Below are positions 37,963 to 50,200 of a stretch of 64,000 nt of DNA, piece after piece. Each line of letters starts with the position of its first letter. Position 1 is the first letter of the stretch. The position numbers were made by a program, and so were the translations under genes. The notes under the pieces are model-generated. The model ran no database searches. It saw only the letters and a program-made list of their open reading frames with translations, and was not told the origin of the DNA. Source of the DNA: Dendrobates tinctorius (taxonomy: Eukaryota); NCBI RefSeq assembly GCF_039654945.1, contig NW_027361677.1, forward strand, positions 13,454,001-13,518,000, written 5' to 3'.

Positions 37963-38145
37963 GGCCGGGATCACACATGTGAGAAACTCGGACGAGTCTT
38001 GCATCTTGATACCCGGCACTGCCACCAGCACTCGGATCAGAGCGTGCGGCTGCATAGAAATACATGCAGCCACACGCTCCGATCTCGAGTGCCGGGTATA
38101 AAGATGCGAGACTCGTCCAAGTCTCTCGCATGTGTGATCCCGGCC
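37963..38145. mobile_element. PIF/Harbinger-type MITE (183 bp hairpin)
   Basis: TTA|GGCCGGGATCACACATG ... CATGTGTGATCCCGGCC|TTA. Confidence 0.9.
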
Positions 38146-39362
38146 TTAGGAAGTAGCTCAAGGGCTCTCTTCCAATGGCCACAGATTACCGACCTGGCTG
38201 CTGGCCCAGATCCTGCAAATCAACTTGCACCATCTCTAGTTTACATATATATTGGGAGAGATATCTTGAAATTTTATTTTTTTAAACCTGTTCATCTTGC
38301 GTCTCACATCTTAGGGAGTCACACACTGGGCCCAAAGGTGAAGGGGGCCCACCGAAGCCAGCCAGCGCATATTTCAACTGTATGTGTGTCCTGCTGGGTC
38401 CTGTACGACAATACATGCTGCCAGCTAATCGGAGGCTAGCAGCTGATGTCAGCATGCAAGACACTGGCTGCGCATGGAAGTAATGTAATGCGCTGCCTGT
38501 CACTTGCACGCTGAAGTAAGCTAATGACTTCTGCGCCGACTGCAGAAGAGGACACCACTCTTCGTGGGAATGTAACCATGCGCGTGGGATATATATCAGA
38601 ATGAGGGACATGTATACCAGGGTGTGTCCAGGAAGAAGGACATATATACCTGAAAGGGACCTGTGGTGGAGGACATATTTACAATGGGATGAGCCCAGGA
38701 TGAAAGTCAAATATACCAAGATGGGGACATATATACAAGGAAAGGGCCCAGGGTGGAGGACATATATACCAGGATGTGGGACATTTTAACATGAAGGGGT
38801 TCAGGATGATGGATATATATACCAAGATGAAGGATTTATACAATGATGTTCCCAGGATGGAGGACATACAAACCTGGAAGGATCCATTACTACATAAAGG
38901 TTGAGCAGGAGCAACACATACATCCTTACAGGATTTAAAATGCTACAAGAGCCCATACATCTTACCAAAATGCAGGGGTAATCCAGTTCAAATTTTGAAC
39001 CAGGGCCCATCAGACTCTAGTTATGCCAGTGATCTTGGGATATATTAAACCAAGCAGAACGATAAGAAAGGACACATCACTATTATGCTTATCCAGATCG
39101 CCATGGACTCCTCAAGCTTAATGGGCCACTGCTTTGGTCTTGCCTAACCAACCTGTTGCTAATGTTGGCCCACTTAGGTTAAATTTATTAGAACTTTGGG
39201 TTTCATTATCCAAAATCATAAGACCTTGAAAAGTACATTTGGTGATAATTTATTATTACCGTATGTTTATTACATTCAACTCGTAATTAAAAAAATATGT
39301 ATATACTTGAGATTCACCATAAATATTTTATCTGTATATAATAATGTTTATAGACACGCTAC

Positions 39363-39550
39363 CTTTCGTAGGCGGAGGACACCATCCTGCGTCTGGGAGT
39401 CTGTCGTGATTTCAAACATGTCCCTCCCATCACCATCAATTATGTCAAATGACGATTTAGCATTGTCTCCAATGTCTCGGTCGTTTGCCCTCACTCTTCC
39501 AACTGGATCACCAATAGCAATGTCTTCTGGGATTGCAAACTGATACTGAC
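39363..39550 (-). CDS. CDH8: Type II cadherin coding exon (first part of EC3), 188 bp; not called in the ORF track
   Basis: Manual translation gives (S)QYQFAIPEDIAIGDPVGRVRANDRDIGDNAKSSFDIIDGDGRDMFEITTDSQTQDGVLRLRK. AG at 39551-39552 and GT at 39361-39362. Phase is compatible with both neighbouring exons and the 188-bp size is conserved in type II cadherins. Confidence 0.93.
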
Positions 39551-40199
39551 CTTACAAAGAAGGGAGAGAAAACATTACAATTAAAGTTAATGCAATCAGT
39601 TCCTCACATTAGCTCTGCCTCTAATTAATGGAGCTTCTCAAACGTGAGTTTTAACCTACTGAGATAAATTGGATCAGAGGTGAAATTATTGAACGCATTA
39701 AATGGCCCTCAACCATTTCTGATAAGAGGAGGACCATTTTCTATGAAAACCAGGCTGCTGCTGAAATCAGATGGAGAGCTGGGACCAGGCGAAAGTGTGA
39801 AAAAATAGCAGTACAGTCTTAGTAAGAAAAGAAAGCTCAGACAGTCGAGCAGATTAAAAATTGCTGGAGTTCCAAGCTGGGCGAAAAATACTGAGATCAA
39901 GCGAGCTGGGCATGAGCTGCTAATTGTCAGCGCCATGTATAGTGCAAGCGGCCAAGTTTAGAGGCTAAACATAATTACCAGAAAGACTGCTGATTGTTTT
40001 GCTGAGTAGCAAATCATTTGAGTTAATCCATGATGGGGAATAACCACAGGAGGAACATGGCAAGCAAGAAATGACATATTGCTGACCCACTATTTCACTG
40101 CTTGCTTATGTTTAAAGTTTGAGCATCGTAACCACCAACAGCCAAAAGGATGGCGTTAGGGGCAGGCAAACTAAGCATTTGCCTAGGGCCCCACTCCCC

Positions 40200-40954
40200 T
40201 GGTTTAGGAGGCAATAGCATGATTCAGTGATCTGGGCTAGCTTAAAAAAAGTGTTTACAAGCTTCATAGAAAACAGCTTGTAAGCACTGCGCATGTTCAG
40301 TTGTCTAGCATCGATGTTCGGTCTCCAAGCTAATGAGCTGTATATAATAGTGTTAATATCTCAAGAACTGTTGAAAATTTTAATAAGCTGCAAATTGCAA
40401 AATCGCTTCTATTTCCAAGCACTGCCCATTTATGAAGACGGGAACAACCGATTAATTTCTTAAAATAGTAAACACTTTCAAAATTTTCATTGTGTTTTCT
40501 TTACTTAAAAATGTTCATGTTTTTCAAAACAATATTTCACACCAGTAAAGTATCATTAGCAATAGAAAATGCTGAAAAATCTGAAAATGATCTCTTCTAC
40601 TAGAAGAGCTTTCTAGACGGCGTTTGGTATATAGTAATCTTAAGGGAAAGACCAAATGTAAATATCTGTTTTCCACGCTTCCATTGATCAGCCCAGATGT
40701 AGATTTACTGGGCCAGGCTTGCTGTTCTTTCTTCATTTCCTTGGCACGGATAATCAATATAGAATGCTGCTGCCAGATGCCTTCGCCTATTTAACCTTTG
40801 CCTAAATAATAGTTACTTATGCGTATCGAATCTTATTCTTCTTGAATTAACTTAAAAGAAACTTTTTGAAACCTTGGAAGCAAATTCATAAATATTTTGA
40901 TTGTTTCTGATAAATAAAAGGTTTCTGGTTGCTCCGTTTATCCGGTTATGATTT
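40200..40954 (+). repeat. Local duplicate of 44287-45052 flanked by a 54-bp direct repeat
   Basis: Co-linear similarity from GGTTTA..GCATGATTCAGTGATCTGGGCTAGC to GGTTTCTGGTTG..GATTTA. AAGGATGGCGTTAGGGGC...CCACTCCCC occurs at 40146-40199 and 40955-41008. Confidence 0.9.
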
Positions 40955-41059
40955 AAGGATGGCGTTAGGGGCAGGCAAACTAGGCATTTGCCTAGGGCCC
41001 CACTCCCCCAGGGATGCTAATAGCAGCACATCACGTGGCCGTTATGTAGCCTTTGCCTA

Positions 41060-41530
41060 TGTTAAAACCACCAGAGTCTGTACTTAACTTGAATCAGTAT
41101 ATTGCAATCACTAAGAGTCTTTACCTATATTGTAACTATCAAGTCTGTATCTATATTGTATCCACCTAGAGATTGTATTGTTTTTATGTCTATTGTTACC
41201 ACAAAGAGTCTGTACCAATATTGTAACCATTTAGAGAAAGCTAATGCCTACTTTATATCAACCTGTATTGCAATCATCAGGAGCCGGCACCCATATTACA
41301 AAGCGAGACTGTACCTATATTGCAACCACTAGGAGTATTTATCTATATTGCAACCACTAAGTGTCTGCACCTATATTGCAACCATCAACAATCCATATCT
41401 ATTTTTCAAACAATAAGAGTCTGAACCTATATTGCAACCACTAAGAGTTGGCACCTACCGTAGATTGCAACCACCAAGAATCTGCACCTAAACCCTCTAA
41501 AAGTCTTGACCTATATTGACAATCACCAAG
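41060..41530. repeat. Degenerate ~28-bp minisatellite (CTATATTGCAACCACTAAGAGTCTGTAC)
   Basis: Recurrent TATTG(C/T)AAC(C/T)A units. Confidence 0.75.
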
Positions 41531-41734
41531 AACTGTGCCTTCAAGTAAAATCATTAAAAGTTTTTGGAGTAATTATTTTTTCACCTGAATATGTGAGCGT
41601 TCCAGCGTTGATGTGCCATTCAGCTGTGGAGATAACCTTCATCTATAACCTTGAAATTCATTTCTCTCCCATTCCTTGCTTTTGGCACCTTTAGTCATCA
41701 TCTGTATTTTACTGTGCTCTCATCAGTATGTAAG

Positions 41735-41985
41735 GAAACGGAAACAAATGGGTTAACCTGCGCTGCCGTCAAAGGATGAGAAGACAGAAATGCAAAATAT
41801 ACGGTTTATTAGTCAACGGGTTTCAAAGTTTCAAATATCTTCATCAGGACAAACCGTCGTGTCCTGATGAAGACGTTTGAAACTTTGAAACGCGTGCCGT
41901 TGACTAATAACCACACACCTTGGATTTCTGTCTTCTCATCATCCTTTGATGGCATTACAGGTTTACCCATTTATTTCCGTTTTTT
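41735..41985. mobile_element. Inverted-repeat PLE-like element with two divergent minimal hammerhead-like motifs
   Basis: Plus strand GTC-CTGATGA-AGACGTTTGAAACTTT-GAAAC-GCGTGCC-GTT-GAC (41861-41904). Minus strand GTC-CTGATGA-AGATATTTGAAACTTT-GAAAC-CC-GTT-GAC (41812-41850). Arms are ~120 bp. Confidence 0.7.
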
Positions 41986-43419
41986 TAATGATTCCTGCAG
42001 CAGCCTAAACTTTTTTTCAGGGGTTGTGAGCACACAACCTGGCCAAGTGAGAACAATTATGCACGTCTATCCAATCTTACACCAAGGTAAGACCATATTG
42101 CTCTTTTTTGTCCTTTCTAGTTTCTCTACCTCATCAGTATGTTCTATGACACAGATGTACTACGACCCAGGTCTTCATCCCAGGAGCCCGATGCGAGATT
42201 TAACAGCAGCATGTTAATTAAGCAGCTGGTAAATACAAGATTCAGCTGCCATCCTCAACATGCACATAACTTCGTCTATAGGTTCACGGGAATTCTTTGC
42301 CATAAAATCACAATAGCCGTAAAGTATATTCCTAACGATTGCACTTTTTATCCACCCTTATGGTATAATTGTTACACTATGCCTTCTTTACGCTGACTAT
42401 GTAGGCTTCTCTTCTTTTTCTTTGGTTATTTTCCTGTTTGTTCAATATGTTGCACTCATGAGTTGTGTTTTCTTTGCATTTACAATCATGCAATGTCTTC
42501 TGACAAAATCCAATTACCAAGCATGCACCGATGCCCTCTGGCACGCTCCTTACATGACTGAATAATGGCCTATGTTTTCCGAAAACCCTTTAATGCACTG
42601 ATGGAGCAATCACCTCCCCCTTCCTCAGTTCTCCTAAATCTCTCTGCAGAACCTAATTAAAGATTGGGTGTATATTCTGCGTGAAATTTTTGCGCTGTCC
42701 AATTAAGAAAGATTTAGTGTTCTCCTAAAACTTGTATTTCAGAGTTGACTAGGAGTCGGCTTGACTTTGCCATCTAATAATAGAACATCTGGAGATAAAG
42801 TGCAAACAAGCTTCTTAAGACCGCTAAGAACACAAGACGAGACGCGCAGCAACCCCCAACTGTGAGCAACTCAATTCTATGGGTAAAAGTATCTGACTTG
42901 GCTACAAGACTAAACCCAGCGTGAAGATCATTGATGCCTAATATTAAAAAACCTCTGAGATAATTAGAGAGTGGGAACTTTAATTTGGAGCCATTAGACA
43001 CTATTAATATATTTGATAATGAACAGTATGGCAGCTTATTTGCATGTGTTATTCTGTTTTGACCAAGATGTGTTACAAAGCAAAGTAAAGAATAATTTCA
43101 CATTTGCCGATTCATTCATTCATTCTTCTGCCGGTGCAATTAAAATATAAGAATTCTTCTACGAATTCTAGTCTTTAAAGAGAAAAAAACTAGTCAAAAT
43201 AATCTTTTGGTTGCCAGTAAAACGCAACACAGGTGAAATATACAGTCATCATTCCTAAAATTCAAGTGTTCAATTGAAAGTGTTAGCCCCCTTTGACACT
43301 GCTCATATGTTTCTGATTTTGGAAATCTGACACTTCAATCTAGGATAAGGGCCACGAAAATCATGAAAATTAGTCACAGAAATTTCTGTAGATAATGTAA
43401 GTGGTAAGTGGGTCTCTAC

Positions 43420-43731
43420 TAGTGATGGGCGAGTAGCATCGTTGCTCGGGTCTTCCCGAGCATTCTCGGGTGGTCTCCGAGTATTGTGGCATGCTCAGAG
43501 ATTTAGTTTTCATGGCCTCAGCAGTATGATTTGCGACTGCTAGACAGCTTGAACACATGTGTGGAATGCCTGCCTGTAAGGGAATTCCCACATGTATTCA
43601 GCTTGTCTACAAGTCGCAAATCATGCAGCTGAGACGACGAAAACTAAATCTCCGAGCACGCCAAAAATACTCGGAGATCACCCAAGCATGCTCGGGGAGA
43701 CCTGAGCAACAATGCTACTCGCCCAACACTA
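43420..43731. mobile_element. hAT-type palindromic MITE, same family as 27050-27337
   Basis: TAGTGATGGGCGAGTAGCAT ... ATGCTACTCGCCCAACACTA, with a shared internal sequence. Confidence 0.88.
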
Positions 43732-44093
43732 GTCTGAGCTCTTTGAAGCCTAGGTCCTCAACCAGTGGTATGTCTATCCAAGGAATTTATATATATAAAA
43801 AAACTTACTTCTCACCCCTCACTTGGTGTGGTCTTTTTTTGTCCTTTCTCATTGAAGTGAGCACATACTCTTGTGTTTTTTTTCTCCTCTATCACCCTCT
43901 CGTCTTATTCGCTCTGTTCTCTTTACAGTTTTATTTCCTTAAAAAGTTGGGCAGAATCAATAGAAGACTTACAGCCACACTGATATTTTATTAGCCCTTC
44001 TTCTTCATTCTATCAATCAGTAGGATTCACGGTCATTGGACTTCGAAAGACCAAAAAGTGCTCATCTATCCTAGAGTAACAATATGCCATTAA

Positions 44094-44537
44094 AGGATTA
44101 TTTCCATCTTTGTAGCTGGTTATTGTTAGATAGTGCTTGTAAAAACAATCACTTTTACAATTTACTGCCGGTTAAAATTCACAGCCATTCTTGAGATATT
44201 AACACATTTCTTTTGCTTGCAACTTGTAGTCTATGAAACCGACCACCGCTTCTGTCAAGCTTGTATGTACTGTGATAAAACCCGCCAGGTTTAAGAGGCA
44301 ACTGCATGATTCAGTGATCTGGGCTAGCTTAAAAAAGCATTGACAAGCTTCTTAGAAAACAGCTTGTTAGCACTGCGCATGTTCAGTTGTCTAGCATCGA
44401 TGTTCGGTCTCCAAGCTAATGAGCTGTAAACAAAAGTGTTAATATCTCAAGGACGGTTGAAAATATTAATAAGCTGCAAATTGCAAAATCGCTTTTATTT
44501 CCAAGCACTGCCCATTTATGAAGATGGGAACAACCAT
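44094..44537. mobile_element. Kolobok/T2-family MITE
   Basis: TTAA|AGGATTATTTCCATCTT ... AAGATGGGAACAACCAT|TTAA; internal inverted TTGAGATATTAACAC/GTGTTAATATCTCAA. Confidence 0.75.
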
Positions 44538-46597
44538 TTAATTTCTTAAAAATAGTAAACACTTTCGAGATTTTCATTGTGTTTTCTTTACTTAAAAATG
44601 TTCATGTTCTTCAAAACAATATTTCATACCAGTAAAGTATCATTAGCAATAGAAAATGCTGAAAAATATGAAAATGATCTCTTCTACTAGAAGAGCTTTC
44701 AAGACGGCGCTTACGCTCGTTTGGTATATAGTAATCATAAGGGAAAGACCAAATGTAAATATCTGTTTTCTACGCTTCCATTATTCAGCCCAGATGTAGA
44801 TTTACTGGGCCAGGCTCGCTGTTCTTTCTTCATTTCCTTGGCAAAGATAATCAATATAGAATGCTGCTGCCAGACGCCTTCGCCTTTTTCACCTTTGCCT
44901 AGATAATAGCTACTTATGCGTATCCAATCTTATTCTTCTTGGATTAACATAAAAGAAACTTGCTGAAACCTTGGAAGCAAATTCATAAATATTTTGATTG
45001 TTTCTGCTAAATAAAAGGTTTCTGGTTGATCCATTATTCCGGTTCCGATTTACTCTTAGAGAAGTCTGTACAGTCTGGTCGTGCAGTTTGTCACTTTTCC
45101 GCCTCCTTTCCCACCACCTGTAGAGTAGCCGCCGGGGTTGGGACTAGAAGTGACCGAATCTGTTTAACCCAAATCAAATTCCTTATGAATTTCCTCTAAA
45201 TTTTTGATAATGGCGAAACCAACATTTTTGGGACTGGATATATGTAAATCCAGAAAAAGTGGTGGCCAGCAGAATAAAGAGTCAGATGACGGTCTTTGAT
45301 AGGGAAGAATGATGTGCTTTTGTTTTTCACTCCTCCCCTCCCGTCCATTAAGTAAACTTTGGGGTTTGGAAAAAGTAGACAAAATATATGGCAATGAGGT
45401 CACTATGGATTTGGACCAATTTTACTCAAACTAGATGGAATCCGATGGCCAAATCGAGCGGACCTTCGTGAAACGAATATCAGGACAGTCGCTCATCTCT
45501 AGTTGGGGCTAAAACATGACTGCAGAATAAAAGTACACAAATGATCTGCAACCTGACCATGTAGTCATATGGACTTGACCAGGAGCTGCATACACTAACT
45601 CACAGGATATATTTTCACAAGACTTTTTGGAAAATTGCTTCACTTTTTAAGCATAAATGGATTAGAGAAGATTGAACCTGGCTTTTATTGCGCTATAGCT
45701 GTACTCAGATGTCTCGGAAAGTCTTTTAGACAATGAATTGAGCTGTGGTGTGCATGCTTGACCACAACTGGGGCACTTCAACATCAACTGATCTGCAGTT
45801 CAATTTGGAAACATGGAATCACATTTTAAGTCATACTCCTTTCCAAACAATTCCAAACTGTTTTGCCACACCTCGAACTGTTGTCGAATCAGTCGAAAAC
45901 ATATAATAAATGCAAAGCAAGACATTAAAAGCAGTTTTTATTTCAACGCAAAGGTTGTTTCCAGGCTAGCACAAATTTTTAACAAGCACTGTAGCATTCC
46001 AGAATGTTGAGGGTTCAGGCAACAGGTTGCAATTTGGTGCGCTCGGCGCAGCGTCAAAAGGACGCATGCGCCGCCAAACGCATACCTGCGCAAGGCCTGC
46101 ATCTCCAGTACTAAAGATAGGGGACGCAGGACGCATGCAGCGTCATGCGTCCGTAGGCGGAGCTACCAGCGGAGGAGCGGCAGGGGGCGGGGCTTAGCGG
46201 TGGCCATGCGCAGCCCAACGCTGCGGCCGTAAACGCTAATGTGAAGCTAGCCTAAGACTAGGGTCACACAACTGTATTTTCTCTCATCCAAGAAAATTAG
46301 TCTGATTTTGCAGTCGTAAACGCTAATGTGAAACTAGCCTTACAGCGTGTAATATGCACGCTGTCAGGATTTGACTCTTCCTGCCAGTTTTAACATTCAT
46401 CTCAAGGCGATTTTTCCAATTTGCAGTCTCGTGCAATGTAGCTTCTCTTTCTGCTTCTCTTAAATTGTATACTTGTGGCCATGCAATCTCTGAAACTAAT
46501 AAGAGAAATCTTTACAGTGCGTATATTACACACTGATAGTTTTCGACATGCTACATAATTTGCAGAAAATTTGCTCTGATATGGAAAATCACCTTAA

Positions 46598-47163
46598 AGG
46601 GAATCTGTCACCCCATTTTCGGCCTATAATCTGTGGCCACCGCCATCAGGGGCTTATCTACAGCATTCTGTTATGCTGTAGATAAGCCCCCGATGTAATC
46701 TGAAAGAGAAGAGAAATAAGTTATATTATACTTATCCTCGCATCAGGTTGCGGTCCAATCCGGCGCCTCCCATCTTCTTGAGATGACGTCCTCCTTCTTA
46801 CTTCTGCCACGGCTCCGGCGCAGGCGTACTTTCTCTATCCTGATGAGGCACTGGACCTCTCTCACCCCTCCCGGCGCCTGCGCACTGCAGTACTTTAGTC
46901 TGCATTCAACAGGGCATAGAAAGTACACCTGCACCAGAGTCGCGCAGAAATAAGAAGGAGGACGTCATCTCTAAAAGATGGGAGGCGCCAGACCTGACCA
47001 CGACACCCACTGCCCCTGCCCCCCCATGAGTATAATCTAACTTGTTTTTCTTATCTTTCAGGTTACATTGGGGGCTTATCTACAGCATTACAGAATGCTG
47101 TAGATAAGCCCCTGATGGCGGTGGCCGCAGCTTATAGGCCGAAAATGGGGTGACAGATTCCCT
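46598..47163. mobile_element. Young Kolobok/T2-family MITE with long TIRs
   Basis: TTAA|AGGGAATCTGTCACCCCATTTTCGGCCTATAA ... TTATAGGCCGAAAATGGGGTGACAGATTCCCT|TTAA; more than 100 bp of near-perfect TIR. Confidence 0.92.
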
Positions 47164-47220
47164 TTAACTCAATTCATGTAGCTTAATAAATGATAAAATG
47201 AAAGCATAATTAATGAAAAT

Positions 47221-50200
47221 TAGTGTTGAGCATTCCGATACTGCAATATCGGGTATCGGCCGATATTCGCGGTATCTGAGTTCCGATACTTTTGGAATAT
47301 CTAAAACCGGAATTGGAAGTTCCCATAAAGCAATGAGCCAGTTTGATTTTATTCAGCCAATGAGGAATCCTAAGAAGTGTGGGCACATCCTGTTATGCAT
47401 GTTAGGCATGTTAACTAATGGCATGGCTGTGATTGGCTGCTGAAATGATGTCATAATGCACTATAAAAGACGCCGCCGCCATTTTGTGTTCACTCTGCTG
47501 TGAATTTACTTAGGGACAGGATGCTGCTGTTCTGACTCTGAGGGACAGTGTGACCTAGCGATTTGCTTTACTTTATTGTGCTTTACCCAGGCTACTTTAG
47601 CAACCGCTGTGTGAGAAGCTTTCTTTTGCCTTGCAGCGCTGTTCACGGCTGTCTGTGAGGTCTCTATGTGTGAGTGCAGCTCACGCTGTAGTGTGTTCTG
47701 CAGCCACCTCAGGTTGTAGTCCACTCAGCGTGCGTCACTGCCTCATACATTGTCCTTTTTTGCATTAGTGCTGCTCAATTTTCCAGATTTCTCCTATTAG
47801 TGTGGCTCCATCCGTATCCAGCTAGAATATTTGCAAATACTATATAGGAGTAGATAGAGGAGCCTTTCTGCTGGCTTGTGCCCTGCTGCCCCAGCCAGAT
47901 TAGTATTAGCCTATTTTTGGAGTCTCGTCTATTGCATTGTAGGTTACCTTCCTGCATTGTAATAGCTAGAAAAAGTTTGTGATACTATCGGTTTTACATC
48001 TTTGGGCACATCCAGTGTCTTTTTGTGAAAAAAAAAAAAAATTAATAAACTTCACCAAACACTCCACTTTACAGTTATGTAGGCCACATTAGCTCATATT
48101 AAAGTCTAGTCCACACTTTATAAAATTAGTGTTTCTTATACCTGTTAGCAGCTATTCAGGAATAAGCACACTAAGCCCTTAGTACTTTTCTGCCTATCTT
48201 TATCAGTCTACCAAGATGAAGAAGGCAGGGAGTAAGGCTCGTGGGCGTGGAGTAATTCCACCCACAGCATCACGCTCCCTGTCATCCTCACACTCCCAGG
48301 TCAGTCTACAGCCATCGGTAGCACAGGCATGGGAGAAAAGGCGCCTATACTCGGCAAACCACCCCTGAGCACAGGCTCTGAATGCTGGCATTGCAAAACT
48401 ACTGTCCCTTGAAATGCTCTCTTTCAGGCTGGTGGAGACTGACACCTTCCGTAACTTCATGGCATCGGCAGTCCCACAATACAACGTGCCCAGCCACTTT
48501 TATTTCAGCAGGCAAGCCGTCCCTGTCCTGCAAAAGCATGTGGAGGGAAAAATTAAACATGCGCTACTAAACGCCATCAGTAGCAAGGTCCACCTGACCA
48601 CCGATGCGTGGACCAGTAACCATGGACAGTGACGATATCTTTCCCTCACTGCCCATAGAGTAAATGTTGTGGAGCTGGGTACAGATCTTGAGAGTGGCGC
48701 TGTACGTATTCTGCCAACTCCAAGGATTGCAGAAATCCAGTCTGTGCACATTGACTCCTCCTAATACTGCAGTTCCTCTGAATTAGCGCTGCAGGAGCCG
48801 TCACAGTCTACCTCCATATGGACCCGTGACGGCTTAACTGTTACGACCGATATGAGCACAGCCATGGCCAAACGTCATCAGGCCATATTGAAATTAATTT
48901 CTTTGGGAAATCGAAGCCACACAGTGCAGGAGCTCTGGAATGCCATCAAGCAGGAGAGCAACATGTGGTTTGTGCCAGCGAATCTCCAGCCAGGTATGGT
49001 AGCGTTTGACAATGGCCGAAATCTGGTGGCAGCTCTAGGCCTAGGCAACCTCACTCACATCCCATGTCTGGCACATGTGCTCAACTTTATCGGGCAGAGT
49101 TTTTTGAGGGACTATCCGGATCTTGATGCACTGCTGCACAAGGTCCGCATAGAGTGCGCTCACTTGCGGCGTTCCAGCATGGTAAGATCGCACATTGCAG
49201 CTCTGCAGCGCCGATTCCGCCTTCCGGAACATCGCATCATATGTGACCTACCCACCAGGTGGAATTCAACGTTACATATGTTGGAGAGGTTGTGTGAGCA
49301 ACAGGCAGCAGTAATGGAGTACCAGCTGCATCAGGCGCAAACAAGTCGCACTGCGCGCCGTTCACACTTCACCACCACTGAGTGAGCCTCTATGAAGGAC
49401 ATCTGCCACGCTTTGCGTGCCTTCGATGATTTCACGTGGATGGTGAGTGCAGATGATGCACTAGTCAGCTTGACTATCCCCCTTATCTGCCTGCTTGAAA
49501 AAACACTGCAAGCACTTGGGGAGAAGGTTGTGGAAGAGGTGGAGGATGAGGAGTCACAAATGCCATCTGCTTCTGGACAGTCTGCGCAACATGGTTCCTC
49601 ACAAAGGCCTAAGCAGGGGACACTTTGTGAGGAGGATGAGGAGGAGTCAATGGAGGAGGAAGACATCTGTCCAGAGGAGGGAGGTACACAATGCTCTAGT
49701 AGTCAGTATGTAGAGCGAGGGTGGGGTGATGCAGAGCAGACAGAGATGACGCCTCAAGCAGGGGACAGCGTTTCTTGGCCAGTTGGCAGTCTGCAGCACA
49801 TGGTTGATTTCATGCTGCAGTGCCTGAGAAACGACCGCCGCATCGCCCACATTCTCAACACGGCTGATTATTGGGTGTACACCCTCCTAGATCCTCGCTA
49901 CCGGGACAACTTACAAAGCCTCATAACACCGTTGAACCGGGAGCGCAAAATGCGGGAGTACCAAGACACACTGGTGCATTCCATCATGTTCTCCATTCCA
50001 CCCGAGAGCAGTGCTGCTAGTGCTTTACAAAGCAGCTCAGTGCATCGAAGCAGTGGAGGAAGCTCTGCACAAAGAGGGAGCAGAAGCAGCGCCTCAGCAC
50101 ATGTCAAGACCAGTATGGCCCAAATGTGGCAAAGTTTTGTGTCCCCGCCACAAATGTCTACACCATCACAGACGGCTCCAGTCAGCAGGAGGCAACGTTT

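Noticed and set aside
39196-39543. 115-aa plus-strand ORF
   Set aside because: It is the antisense shadow of the real minus-strand cadherin exon.
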